This document shows, piece by piece, positions 1 to 11,215 of a DNA stretch of 64,000 bases. The stretch comes from Malacoraja senta (taxonomy: Eukaryota), in the NCBI GenBank assembly GCA_038087875.1, contig CM075988.1, forward strand, positions 18,850,001 through 18,914,000. The letters run 5' to 3'. Both the position numbers and the translations under genes were made by a program. Every line of letters starts with the position of its first letter. Position 1 is the first letter of the stretch. The notes below the pieces were generated by a model. It worked only from the letters and a program-made list of their open reading frames with translations. It did no database searches and was not told the DNA's origin.

Positions 1-13
1 AGAATCAGAGTAG

Positions 14-471
14 AGTAAACCAGATCACTTCCACCTGACGTGGTCTGCATTTATAGAATTATTACAAACATAGGGTGCAAAAGTACTTAAAAAAAAATTG
101 AGGTCAGGTAAGGGGGGATGATAGTTGAAGAGTTGGTATGTCCCATTTACGTAATGCTCATAAAAATATTTGTTTCTCTCTTTTTCCTCTTTCTCTCTCT
201 CTTTCTTTCCTAGGGTCTATTTCTTAACTCTTTTTCTTTTGTTTTTAATTTTGCTCTTATAGGGTCTTCGTCCTTTTTTGTTGTCACATTTCCTACACTT
301 TCACTTTTTCCTTCACTTTCTTCTTTCTTTCAATCGTTTCCTTTTCTAGTGTAAAAAATAAATGGAGTACATTAATTGTAAGAAGATATAAATGACGAGT
401 ACTAATGTATGTGGTTGTAATATAATGTACTTCTAATAAATAAAAATAAAAAATTAAAAAAAAAGATAAAA
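14..471 (+). mobile_element. 5'-truncated L1/Tx1-clade LINE 3' end (ORF2 C-terminus, 3'UTR, A-rich tail)
   Basis: 14-73 reads SKPDHFHLTWSAFIELLQT*, similar to the C-terminus of the copy at 23142 (FAGTWSPFIDYL). AATAAA and A-tail at ~435-471. Direct repeat AGAATCAGAGTAG at 1-13 and 472-484 (TSD of at least 13 bp). Confidence 0.8.
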
Positions 472-760
472 AGAATCAGAGTAGCTATGATGGGCCGAAT
501 GGCCTAATTCTGCTCCTAGAATTTATGAATGCCATTTTCCTGCACTATCCCCATATCCCTCGGTTTCCTTAAATCTATCTGTCTCTTGCTTGAAGGAACA
601 CAATGACTTAACTTTCAAAACCCCACAGGTTGATCGCCATCTGAGTGAAGACATTTGCCTTAGTCGCAATCCCGATCCTTATTCACAAACCGTTCCCCTG
701 CTCCAAGACTCCTACATCAGGGGACCCATCATTCCTGCATCCAACGAGTCAGACCCTTGA

Positions 761-921
761 TAGAAAGACCCTTGGAAAGGTTTCGAGGACTATGGGCCAA
801 ATGCAGGCATATGAGACCAGCGCAAGATAGACACAAAATGCTGGAGTAACTCAGCGGGATAGGCAGCATCTCTGGAGAAAAGGCAAGGGTGATGTTTCAG
901 GTCGAGACCTTTCTTCAGACA
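761..921 (-). mobile_element. Penelope-derived mini element with hammerhead core, plus attached CR1 3'UTR piece
   Basis: TSD AGTCAGACCCTTGA at 747-760 and 922-935. Minus strand 918-891 reads CTGAAGA-A-AGGTC-TC-GACCT-GAAAC-ATC. Confidence 0.7.
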
Positions 922-1747
922 AGTCAGACCCTTGAGGAATTGTGTAAGTTTCGATGAGATTGAGTCACCGAGGGTCATAGTCATACAGCATGGTTATTCG
1001 GAGTGTAATCCTATGAGCTGGCACCATTGCAAGAGCTCCAAACAGTTTCACCTTCAACATGACATGTAACATTAAAATCAAAGCAAGAGGACATTTTCTG
1101 CACTGATGGTCAGAGGACACAATGTACCGCACAATGTAACTGAGTCACAGTCATCGAGCCACACCGCATGGAAACAAGCCCTTTGGCCGAACTCATCCAT
1201 GTCGACCAAGATGCCCCAGCTAAGCTCATTCCATTTGCCTGCATTTGGCCCATATCCACCTCAACCTTTCCTATCAATGTACCTCTCCAGATTTCCTCCC
1301 TTTTGGAGAGAGTGTGGTCTCTGTCTATTCAATCCTCCTCTTATGCTTTCCCACTGTTCATGGTGACCCAAACAGAACTGGTGAATCATCACTGCCCTCC
1401 CTCTCAGCTTATACATCCTTTAGAACGGTACAGACACAGGAACAGGCCCTTTGGCCCACAATATCTGCGCTGACTGTTATATCCATCTAACTAGTCCCAT
1501 CTGCCCGATGGAAGTTCATTTCCCTCTATTCAATGCCTATTCATTTTGTCTGTCTAAGTGCTTGTTAAAAAGTTGTGATCATATCTACTTCTTAGGAAAG
1601 AATAAAACTGGACCCAGTTCCCCTGTTCAGTCCCACCAATGGCCCTATGCAACTACTCAACTGCAATAAGAGCTAAAAAATATCTGTAAAATAGGAACAT
1701 ATCTGGTAGATGCGGGGTGTGGGATGGGTAGGGTAAAAAGCACAGAG

Positions 1748-1997
1748 TCTGAGGGGCAACTTTTCACATGGGAGGTGGTGGGTAAATGGTATGAGCTGCC
1801 AGAGGAGGTAGTTGAGGTAGAAACTAAAACACCACTTAAAATAGATAGGGACATTTACATGGCCAGAGGAAAGTTGTAGAGGGATATGGGCCAAACGAGG
1901 GCAGGTTGGTCTATTGTGTGGATGGGGCACCTGGGACGGCATGGGCAAGCTGGGCCGAAGGGCCTGTTTCCGTGCTGTATAACTCTATGGCTCTATC
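1748..1997 (+). mobile_element. CR1/HER1-like LINE 3' end
   Basis: Decayed WNELPEEVVEA-type coding end followed by the GGGCCGAAGGGCCTGTTTCC tail seen in many copies here. Confidence 0.7.
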
Positions 1998-2681
1998 TGA
2001 GGTCACATACGTACATCTTTGAAGGTGGAAGAAAAGTAGAGAAAGCTGTTCAAGTGACAAAGTCACAGGAAACAGAAAAGAGTTCCCCAACTGATGAACG
2101 GATCAGTCGGATCATGTAATCCTCAGGATTTGTCATTCAGGATCAAGGAAAAGGCATTCACTTGAAAAGATAAGACAATGAGATGAATAGAAGCAAGGGG
2201 CAGTGTTTGCAGACTGTGGGATTGCCTCACTCACCGATCAACTCTTGACAATCAAGAGAATTAAGAATCCACAGTGTTTTATTGTTGGATGTACCAGCAA
2301 CAGATCCGTGAAATTCTTACTTGCTGTAGCCTTGCCAGCCCATTAATGCAATGAATATACAATCATCAATAATACAATAAATTAATAATCAGTAATACTA
2401 GGTTACTATAATAGTACAAAACCAAAGGGTTTGTACGTTCCTAGTTAGCTTTCTCCAGAGACAAAGCCCGCCCGTTTCCTGATATCCAGGCCCTGTACAT
2501 TGCCAGAACTTCCACAAAGTAGTATGGTGTTTTTAGTTTTAGTTTTGGAGATACGGAAGTTTCGGAAGCCGGCCCTTTGGCCCACCGAGTCCACGCCGAC
2601 CATCGATCACTCGTACACCCATTTTATGTTATCCCTCTTTCGCATCCTGCAGACTCGGGTAACATACAGAACGTGGATTTG

Positions 2682-3455
2682 ACAAAGGACAAAGGACATT
2701 GATTGTCACGTACACCAATTGGTGCAGTGACATTTGAGTTGTCATCTGCAGCACACCAATAAAAATCAAACACAACATTAAAGAATTTAACATTGAACAT
2801 AAAAACATCCCCCCACAATGGTTCCCACTGTGAGGGAAGGCAACAAAGTTCAGTCCTCTTACTCTTGTTCACCCATGGTCGGGACTATTGAGGCCTCCAC
2901 AGTCGCCGCGACGGCGGCCCGATGTTACAGGCCCTCTCGCCGGATGATGGAGCTCAGGCGTCAGAAGAACACTCTCAGCGGCTTGGAGTGTCTGGAACGG
3001 CCGCTTCCTCCCCGGAGACCGCGGCTCCCGAAGTCCACAGGCCGCGCAGGTCGGAGCTCCACTACTGGTGATCTCGGCGAAAGATCCCAGGCTCCGCGGT
3101 GTTTAAAGTCAGCGCCGCCCGCGGCTGGATGCTCCACAGACCACAGCTCCACGATGTTGGAGTCGATGGTCATGGCACTCCGGAGCTTACCACACGGCGA
3201 CCCTGTAAGGCATCGCCCGCTCCACGATGGTGCTTCAGCGCTGTGCCACCGCCGAAGCTGAGGTTCTGGCCGGCCCCGGCAGGAAACGCCGCTCCAGTCC
3301 CCGCTGGTAGGCTGCGAGGAAGGGCGAAGATGCAGCTCGGAGGAATGCCGCATCTCCCCCTCCCCCCCCCCCCCACATAAAAAGGACTAGACCTCAAAAA
3401 CAAAAACTCTTAACACACTGTAGGCAGGGCAGCCATACTCGACGCCGGCCCCACT
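2682..3455 (-). mobile_element. GC-rich non-coding non-autonomous retroposon (Rex1/Babar-type tail), copy 1
   Basis: Same layout as 27264-28045 and 38626-39490: short head, T-rich tract, G-run, GC-rich core, CACAGTG stem-loop (2808-2837), terminal hairpin and short tandem tail. Confidence 0.6.
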
Positions 3456-3511
3456 CATATGGTGGGCTGAAGCGCCTGTTTCCACACTGTATTACTGAAC
3501 TAAACTAAATT

Positions 3512-3890
3512 AAACTTCCACCTCCCATTCCTTCCTTCCCACCATTCCTCCTGCTATTTGTACTCCCCACCTTTCTTTCTTTTCCGATTCCACCTTTTTA
3601 CCTGTTTGTCCTCCACTTATCACCTTCAGCCTTGATCACTATCTCTCCCCCACTCCCCACCTTACCTGAATCTACCTATCACTTGCCACATTTGGCCCCA
3701 CACCCTCACCTCTCTCCCCAGCTCTCTCCCCTCTTCTCCATCAGTCTGAAGTAGGCTCTCAACCCAAAACATAATTTGCCCATTTCCGTGTACAGATAGA
3801 ATGCTGCTGCACCCGCTGAGTTTCTCCAGCATTTTTGTGTACCTCCGTGTACAGATGGTGCCTGACCTGCTGAGTTCCTCCAGTGGTTTA
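3512..3890 (+). mobile_element. Penelope-like element 3' region with decayed hammerhead and a nested 46-bp PLE tail insertion
   Basis: Pyrimidine-rich UTR, then CAGTCTGAAGTAGGCTCTCAACCCAAAAC. Nested piece 3798-3843 is flanked by TCCGTGTACAGAT at 3785-3797 and 3844-3856. Confidence 0.6.
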
Positions 3891-4387
3891 AAAAAAAAAA
3901 GTAATTATTCTGTATAAATTAAGAAAAGAAAATGGGAAAAGTCTATGCACTTCCGATGCATAAATTGTCCAGGATCATCTTCAACTCTTAATTATTTTTT
4001 GATTAATAGGGATACTGATTTATTCATATTCATTAGTTATATTATAGAGAAACTGGCTTCTTAATTATCGCTCATGTATTTTTAGTCAGAAAATTATGCT
4101 TAATGCTTTAAAAGATGTATGCGTTCCTTCCCTGAGAGATTGCCTTTGCAAGTTATGCAACTACAATTAGTTTATTTTGTAAAATACTCGATAACACATG
4201 GAAAATATTATGCAAACATTTTTCCCAATTAATATTTTGTGAACTTCATCTTGTTTAGTTTGGAGATACAGTGCAGAAGAGTCCCTTCGGCCCACCACGT
4301 CTGCGCCGACCATCGATCACCCTGTGCACTAGCGCCATCCTACATACTAGGGACAATTTGCAATTTACAGAAGCCAATTTAACTTAC

Positions 4388-4995
4388 AATAGACAATAGA
4401 CAATAGACAATAGGTGCAGGAGTAGGCCATTTGCCCTTCGAGCCAACACCGCCATTCAATGTGATCATGGCTGATCATTCCCACATCAGTACCCCGTTCC
4501 TGCCTTCTCTCCATATCCCCTCTCCGCTATTTTTAAGAGCTCTATCTAGCTCTCTCTTGAAAGCATCCAGAGAACCTGCCTCCACCACCCTCTGAAGCAG
4601 AGAATTCCACAGACTCACCACTCTCTGAGAGAAAAAGTGTTTCCTTGTCTCCGTTCTAAATGGCTTACTCCTTATTCTTGAACTGTGGTCCTGGTTCTGG
4701 ACTCCCCCAACATCGGGAACATGTTTCCTGCCTCTAGCGTGTCCAAACCCTTAACAATCTTATATGTTTCAATAGATGCCCTCTCATCCTTCTAACTCCA
4801 GAGTATACAAGCCCAGCTGCTCCATTCTCTCAGCATATGACAGACCTGCCATCCCGGGAATTAACCTTGTAAACCTACGCTGCACTCCCTCAATAGCAAG
4901 AATGTCCTTCCTCAAATTAAGGGACCAAACTGCACACAATACTCCAGGTGTGGTCTCACTAGGGCCCTGTACAACTGCAGAAGGACCTCTTTGCT
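4388..4995 (-). mobile_element. Young CR1-clade LINE 3' fragment inserted in a SINE
   Basis: Near-identical reverse complement of ~36258-36860 (EVLLQLYRALVRPHLEYCVQF...). (TCTATTG)n tail. The host SINE lies at 4253-4389 and resumes near 5002, with CTTACAA on both sides. Confidence 0.9.
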
Positions 4996-5503
4996 CTTTT
5001 GCTTACAAAACGGTATGTCGTTGAAGTGTGGGAGAAACCGGAGCACTCGGAGAAAACCCATGCTGTCGTTGTGCTTATGTTCCTGTAAAGCTGCAGCAAG
5101 CAGGAGTTTCATTGAGAAGAGACACAAAGCGTTGGAGCAACTCCGCGGGTCAGGCAGCATCTTTGGAGAATAAGGATGGGTGGCTTTACAGAGTCGGCAC
5201 CCTTCTTCTGACCCAAAACATCACCATATGTAATTATGTATAGTCTTGCACTGACTGGTTAGCACACAACAAAAGCTTTTCGCTGTACCTCGGCAACGTG
5301 GCAATAAACGAAACTAAATACTAAATATCCATGTTCTCCGGAGATGCTGCCAGACCCGCTGAGTTACTCCAGCATGTTGTGTCTTTTTTTTTGTCAACCA
5401 GCATCTGCAGTTTCTTGTGTCTACAAGAATGTAATTGTTATGGTTCCTATCTGATACCTGAGACAAATAAACAGTGTTGACGTTTGACTCTCTACCGACC
5501 ACT

Positions 5504-5816
5504 TGGCGGCACGGTGGCGCAGCGGTCGAGCTGCTGCCTTACAGCGCCAGAGACCCGGGTCCATCCTGACTACGGGTGCTTGTCTGCACGGAGTTTGTGC
5601 CCTCTCCCAGCGACCTGTGAGGGTTCCTCCTGGATCTTCCGTCTCCTCCCACACTCCAAAGACGTACAGGTTGTAGGTTAATTGGCTTGGTGTAAATGTA
5701 AAATTGTCCCGAGTGAGTGTAGGGTAACGTAGATGTATGGGGATCGCAGGTCGGTGCGGACTCGATGGCCGAAGGGCCTGTTTCCACGCCGTATCGTTGA
5801 ACTAAACTAAACTAAA
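5504..5816 (+). mobile_element. tRNA-derived SINE (HE1/V-SINE-like), full length
   Basis: A box TGGCGCAGCGG, B-box-like GGTCCATCC, conserved core, CR1-type 3' tail and (CTAAA)n. Confidence 0.85.
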
Positions 5817-6009
5817 CCACCAAGGAAGGGTTTTGCTAATTGTGTACACTTGTTACCAATTCAGCTAAGTTTGGTCAACACATGGTGTTATCCAAATCTG
5901 CTGGGCTCAGCCACAGAGTGAAAGGTCTAGGTAGTACTGTATGTTTATAGTGAGCTCATCTAATGGAAATAGTCCATTTTCCCTCATTTTGGCCAGATCA
6001 ACTCTAAAC

Positions 6010-6380
6010 ATATCCTCCCCATGCACCTGTCCAATTATCTCTTAAATGCTGTCATTGTATCTGCTTCAACTACCTCCTCTGGCAGCTCGTTCCATACACC
6101 CGCCACCCTCTGTGGAAAAGATGCCCCTCAGGTTCCTATTAAATCTTTCACCTCTCACCTTTAAACCTATGTCTTATGTTTCTTAATTCCCCATACACTG
6201 GGAAAAAGATTCGATGCATTCACCCTATCTATTCCCCTCATGATTTTATACACTATAAGATCACCCCTCAACCTCTGTGCTCCAAGGAATAAAGCCCTAG
6301 TCTGCGCAACCTCTCCCTATAACTCAGGCCATCGAGTCTTGGCAACATTCTCATCAATTTTCCCTGCACTTTTTCCAGCT
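6010..6380 (-). mobile_element. CR1-clade LINE fragment
   Basis: Reverse complement of the RT C-terminal/3' region seen at 57045-57407. Confidence 0.7.
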
Positions 6381-6619
6381 TTCGTAAGGAGAATCCCTGA
6401 CCTGAAAAGTCGCCTGTTCATTCCCTCCACGGATGCTGCCTGACCCGTTGGAGTTTCTGCCAATGCTTCGTTATTGTCATATGTAACTAGGAATTGAAAT
6501 TCTTTTTTTTTTGCAAAGAATTCAGTTCAAAATCTTACTATACATAAGCACAGATCATACCCAAGTATTGAGAGTGTAGGAACAATAGATTACACTGACA
6601 CAGTACACTAGTTTCCGCA

Positions 6620-7318
6620 GTGGGAGAGTCTAGGACCCGAGGTCACAGTCTCAGAATTAAAGGACGTCCTTTTAGGAAGGAGATGAGGGAAAAATTCTTT
6701 AGTCAGCAGGTGGTGAATCTGTGGATGTCTTTGCCACAGAAGGCTGTGGAGGCTAAAGGGCCTGTCCCACTTAGGCTATGTTTAGGCGACTGTCATAGTC
6801 GTAGCAGGGTCGCCGAAAAAAACGGTGACAGGACCTCCCTTCGACATAAAATTTGAAATAGAATAATTACTTTAACAACAACAAAACCGAAGTCAGCACC
6901 ATCGACAACCAACGTCACCTGGCGACAACCTACATTAACCTGGCAACAACTACGACAGCACCTACGTCAGGAGAAGTCAAGCTACGCTCATTGGCGTCAA
7001 ACCACTGTCTGCGGAAAAATGTTCAACGTTGAAAATCCAGCGGTGACCAGAAAGACGCTATGACTCTTTGGGCAACTGAGGAGACTACACGACCATACAA
7101 GCAACCATGTGGTGACAGCCTAGTCGCCCGCAGTCACCTAAGTGGGACAGCCCTTAAGTCAGTATATATATTTACAGGCGGGATAATTATTCCTTGATTA
7201 GTACAGAGTCAAAGGTTATGAAAGGAGTTAGGAGAGATAGATCAGCCATGATTGAATGGCAGAGTAGACTTGATGGGCCGAATGGCTTAATTCTGCTCCT
7301 ATCACTTATGACCTTATG
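6620..7318 (+). mobile_element. CR1 LINE 3' end interrupted by a MITE
   Basis: GESRTRGHSLRIKGRPFRKEMR...LPQKAVEA. The sequence resumes after 7157 and ends in a CTTATGA tail. Confidence 0.85.
6757..7154. mobile_element. PIF/Harbinger-type MITE
   Basis: TIRs AGGGCCTGTCCCACTTAGG and CCTAAGTGGGACAGCCCT. TAA TSD at 6754-6756 and 7155-7157. Removing the element restores the CR1 sequence (GGC-TAA-GTCAGT). Confidence 0.85.
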
Positions 7319-7458
7319 AACTGAAGCATCGTCTGTCCATTCCTCCACGGATGCTGCCTGACTTGTTGGTTCCTCTGTCAATGCTTCTTCATTATCATGA
7401 ACTAGGTCAGGGAAAGTCAATCTTTTTGTTTGATGCGAACAATACAGTAAAAATATTC

Positions 7459-7815
7459 CCCAGCGGTATGAACATTGGCCTTCTCTAATTTTAGATAGCC
7501 CTCTTCTCCCTCCTTCCCCTCCCTTCCAGTTCTCTCACAGTCTTACTGTCTCCGCCTACTGCCTTTCTTTATCCCGCCCCCCCCACTCCGCCTACTTCCT
7601 TTCCTTATCACGCCCCCTCCCCCCCTCCCCCCCTATTCCCGACATCAGTCTGCAGGTACAGGGAATGCTGGAGTAAGTCAGCGGGACAGGCAACATCTCT
7701 GGACAGAAGGAATGGGTGACGTTTCTGAAGAAGGGTCTCGACCCAAAACGTCGCCAATTCCTTTCTCCAGAGATGCTGCCTCACCCGCTATGTTTCTCAG
7801 CATTTTTGTCTACCT
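7459..7815 (+). mobile_element. Penelope-like element 3' end with partial fold-back
   Basis: Starts with CCCAGCGGTATGAACATT...TCTAATTTTAGATAG (PSGMNI..SNFR*, GIY-YIG end). Hammerhead-like CTGAAGAAGGGTCTCGACCCAAAACGTC. Flanked by CAGTAAAA at 7445 and 7817. Confidence 0.7.
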
Positions 7816-7985
7816 GCAGTAAAATTCCTACTGTACATAATCACAGATCACACCCAAATATGAGAGTGTTGGAACAGTAGATTACACTGAGGCAGTACAT
7901 AAGAGTCGACACGTTTCTGGTGCCATCTTGTATCCTTCATGAAAGTCACATGTAGTCTGATAGGTGTAGTAGCCATTTAGCTTAT

Positions 7986-8666
7986 AGCCCCTGTCCCACT
8001 TGAAACGCTAATTACGCGACCTCGTGGTCGCATTGAGGCGCGGCGGTCCCGTGAAGGTCGTGCGCGACGTCATGCGTCCGCACAGCGTCTAGAGCGCGTG
8101 ACGTCATTTGAAGATGGACACAAAATGCTGGAGTAACTCAGCGGGACCGGCAGCATCTCTGGAGAGAAGCAATGGGAGATGTTTCGTGTCGAAACTCTTC
8201 TTCAGTCTGAAAAAAGGGTCTTGACCCGAAACGTCACCCATTACTTCCCTCCAGAGATGCTGCCGGGTCCCGCTGAGTTACTCCTGCATTTTGTGTCTAT
8301 CTTCAATTTTCTTGGCCCCGCTCTGGAGTAGAAAGTGGGGGCTGATCGGACCTCAACGGCCGTGAGCCCCCAGGCCGAGCTCGGCGATTGTTTGCCTGCT
8401 TCTGCTGGTGTTGGAGGTGAGACATTGCGTCGCGCCAGGGTCTTGGGCCTGTCCCACTTTGGCCGTCAGTTACGCGACAGGCGGTGGCGCGCAAGATTTC
8501 ATTCGCTACAAAATTTCGGAGGGCCGCGCGATACCGCGCACAACTACATACCCCTCCACGCTTCTCAGTGGGACCGGCCCCGCGCAGCACACGATACCCG
8601 TGCACCTCAACGCGAGACGAGGTCGCGTAATTTGCGTGCCAAGGACACGTAAGTGGGACAGGGCCT
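7986..8666. mobile_element. Composite PIF/Harbinger-type MITE
   Basis: TIRs AGCCCCTGTCCCACTT and AAGTGGGACAGGGCCT followed by TAA. Internal TIR-like motifs at ~8445 and ~8567. Carries a PLE palindrome. Confidence 0.75.
8108..8306. mobile_element. Fold-back (palindromic) Penelope-derived element
   Basis: Two ~98-bp inverted arms with the axis at TTCAG-T-CTGAA (8201-8211). Confidence 0.8.
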
Positions 8667-9315
8667 TAACTCAGTATGTTATAACTATAACCAGTTACCT
8701 ATACATTTTGTCTGCCTGCAATTATGTGGGTGGGATTTCTTACATGGTCGGAGGCGTGTTTGCGGCTGGGATTCTCGCGCAGATGCTAGTAGTTTTTAGT
8801 TTAGTTTGAAGAAGCATGGGGGAGGTCACAACTTTCCACCATGCACGAGTTTGACTACGAGTAAGATCAAAATGTACTTAAACAAGAAGAAGTTTGGATG
8901 AATTTCTTACTGTTTTCACTACGACAACAAAGAGACTATTAATCAAGAGACTGTGATTTGAAGATTTATCTTTCAACGGCATTGAATGTCTCTGGAGAGC
9001 TCATGGATGCGTATTGATATAATCTCCTAACCCCTGTCTTCAAACATAGTGGCTAGAGGAAAGATTCCTTGAACGATATAATAATCTGCCATTACAATAG
9101 GATCAAGATGATAGTTGTCCTCCACTGAAGTGACCTAGGTGGGTTTAACCCCAAACCCACGATCACTGTTACTGAGTCTGCCTTTTCCCTTAATTCCAGA
9201 TTTAGTCAATTATTCGAATCTATGTTCTCAGCTCCCAAATTAGGATTTGAACCAAAAAGACTTTGACCCTAACATCTGGGACAAGGGCCGTGGTAAAGAA
9301 ACCAAACTATCCCTG

Positions 9316-9650
9316 GATAGACACAAAATGCTGGAGTAACTGAGCGGGACAGGCAGCATTTCTGGAGAGAAGGAATGGGTAACGTTTCGGGTCGACACCC
9401 TTCTTCAGACTGATGTCAGGGGAGAGGGAGGTACATCGATAAGGAAGTGTGAGGTGTGAAAACAGGACAACGGGAATGGAGATCAATGCAAATGTAGAAT
9501 AGATAATTGTTAGCTAGGAAAATGTAACAACAAAGCAAACAGAGATAAAATGTACTCAGAGACGTAAGACTGGTGGGTGAACTGGGAAGGGGGAGGAATG
9601 GCGAGAGAGGGAAAGCAAGGGCTACTTGAAGTTAGAGAAGTCAATATTCT
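9316..9650 (-). mobile_element. Penelope-like element 3' end with hammerhead core
   Basis: Minus strand reads NIDFSNFK*, then UTR, then 9408-9381 CTGAAGA-A-GGGT-GTCG-ACCC-GAAAC-GTT. Confidence 0.75.
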
Positions 9651-9727
9651 CGTGCTGGTCTTAAGACAGCCAAACGCCACTGCCCTCAAAGGTGGGATCA
9701 CTGAAGAAGCGAGTGGATGAGAATATT

Positions 9728-9998
9728 TATTTAGTTTAGACATACAGTGCAGAAACAGGCCCTTCAGCCCACCGGGTCCGCGCTGACCAGCACAGACTTA
9801 ACACTATCCTACACACTAGAGACAATTTTACAAATTTTTTTTACTGAAGCCAATTAACCTTCAAACCTGTACGTCTGTGGAGTGTGAGAGGAAAGTGAAG
9901 ATCTAGGAGAAGACCCACGCAGGTCACGGGGAGAACGTACAGAGAGCACCCGTAGTCGGGATCGAACCCAGGTCTCTGGCACTGCAAGCGCTGCAAGG
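9728..9998 (-). mobile_element. HE1/V-SINE-like SINE
   Basis: Reverse complement of the 5504-5816 type, with B box GGTTCGATCC on the minus strand. Confidence 0.8.
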
Positions 9999-11082
9999 CA
10001 ATCCTTTTGTCCAATGCTGTTGAGTTCATTCATGCCATTGAAGCAAATTTCAAGAGGTGCTGGATTCAACGTCAGATATTCCTTCACATACCGAGCCTGC
10101 CAGTCAAAGACACACTTCTCCCCCTCTGTCTACCTTGTAGTTACTGAATATGAAGTGACTTCTAAACTCCCTTGTTATCTCTGCAAAGTCTAACGGCAGA
10201 TGAAGGAGGTGTGATGGGTGCATACAAACTCCTTACTTTCATATACCCTTGTGATTATTTGACACTTGCTATTTGGAATCCCAAAAAAAGAACAAATACC
10301 GGGAAGATTAGAACACAGAACATTGTTATCTCCACAAAATCTGTCATTTTCAATTTGAGAAACCATGCTTCCAGCTGTGTGGTGCAGGTGTCTTTTCAAA
10401 TATATATTTCGTGTGAAGTTGGACATATTGTTGTCAGGTTTAATTTACAATTGTTGGTGTTATTACCTCGGAGACTGCTATATCTTTTGCAGCCCATCAA
10501 CACAGTTTCATAATGGAACTATTACTCATTATTATGAAGTTGGAGGAAACTTTTGTTTTAATTTCTCCAAGGTACTCCCTGACAATATGTTTAAAACCAT
10601 GCCGACAGGTAGCAGGCAATGCTTAAGGTTTTTGCAGTAAGCATTTATCATTCATTCAGCTCCATAATTGCCAGCAACTATTTCTTTGCCTCACTCCTCC
10701 TGCTTTTGTTTCTGCATTTCTCAGCTTCATTACTGGAACAATTCATAGCAGAGTAATTTGACAGAATACTCCCCTCAACTTCCATTATGTGTTTCCACAA
10801 ATGACGATCAAACCAGATCTGATAAACCACCTGCCCCAGAACCAATCCTTCAAAACTCACGGGTGCATTTAAAAATCCCATTCATAGACACCCCCCCAAA
10901 AAAATCAGCCTTTCCACTTCTAACAAAAAATTGTCAGCAAACACTATATTAAAGTTTTGTGGAATAATCAGAACTGAGAGAGGAGGCTCTTCTGCCCATC
11001 TAGCTATTTTGTAATATCTTTCTGGTGGGTTCCACTCTGCTACGTAGCTCGACAAATTATAAATTTTCAATATATGCATATC

Positions 11083-11215
11083 TCAATAGACAATAGACAA
11101 TAGACAATAGGTGCAGGAGTAGACCATTTGGCCCTTCGAGCCAGCCACGCCATTCAATGTGATCATGGCTGATCGTCCACAATCAGTACCCCGTTCCTGC
11201 CTTCTCCCCACATCT
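11083..11215 (-). mobile_element. Short CR1 3' tail
   Basis: (CAATAGA)n plus a 3'UTR of the same type as 4388-4510. Confidence 0.8.

Noticed and set aside
5504..5580. tRNA genes at SINE heads
   Set aside because: The A/B boxes continue into SINE core and LINE-type tail, with no complete cloverleaf or terminator.
10172..11079. Cluster of short ORFs as host exon or endogenous viral element
   Set aside because: No recognisable domain and no consistent strand or frame.
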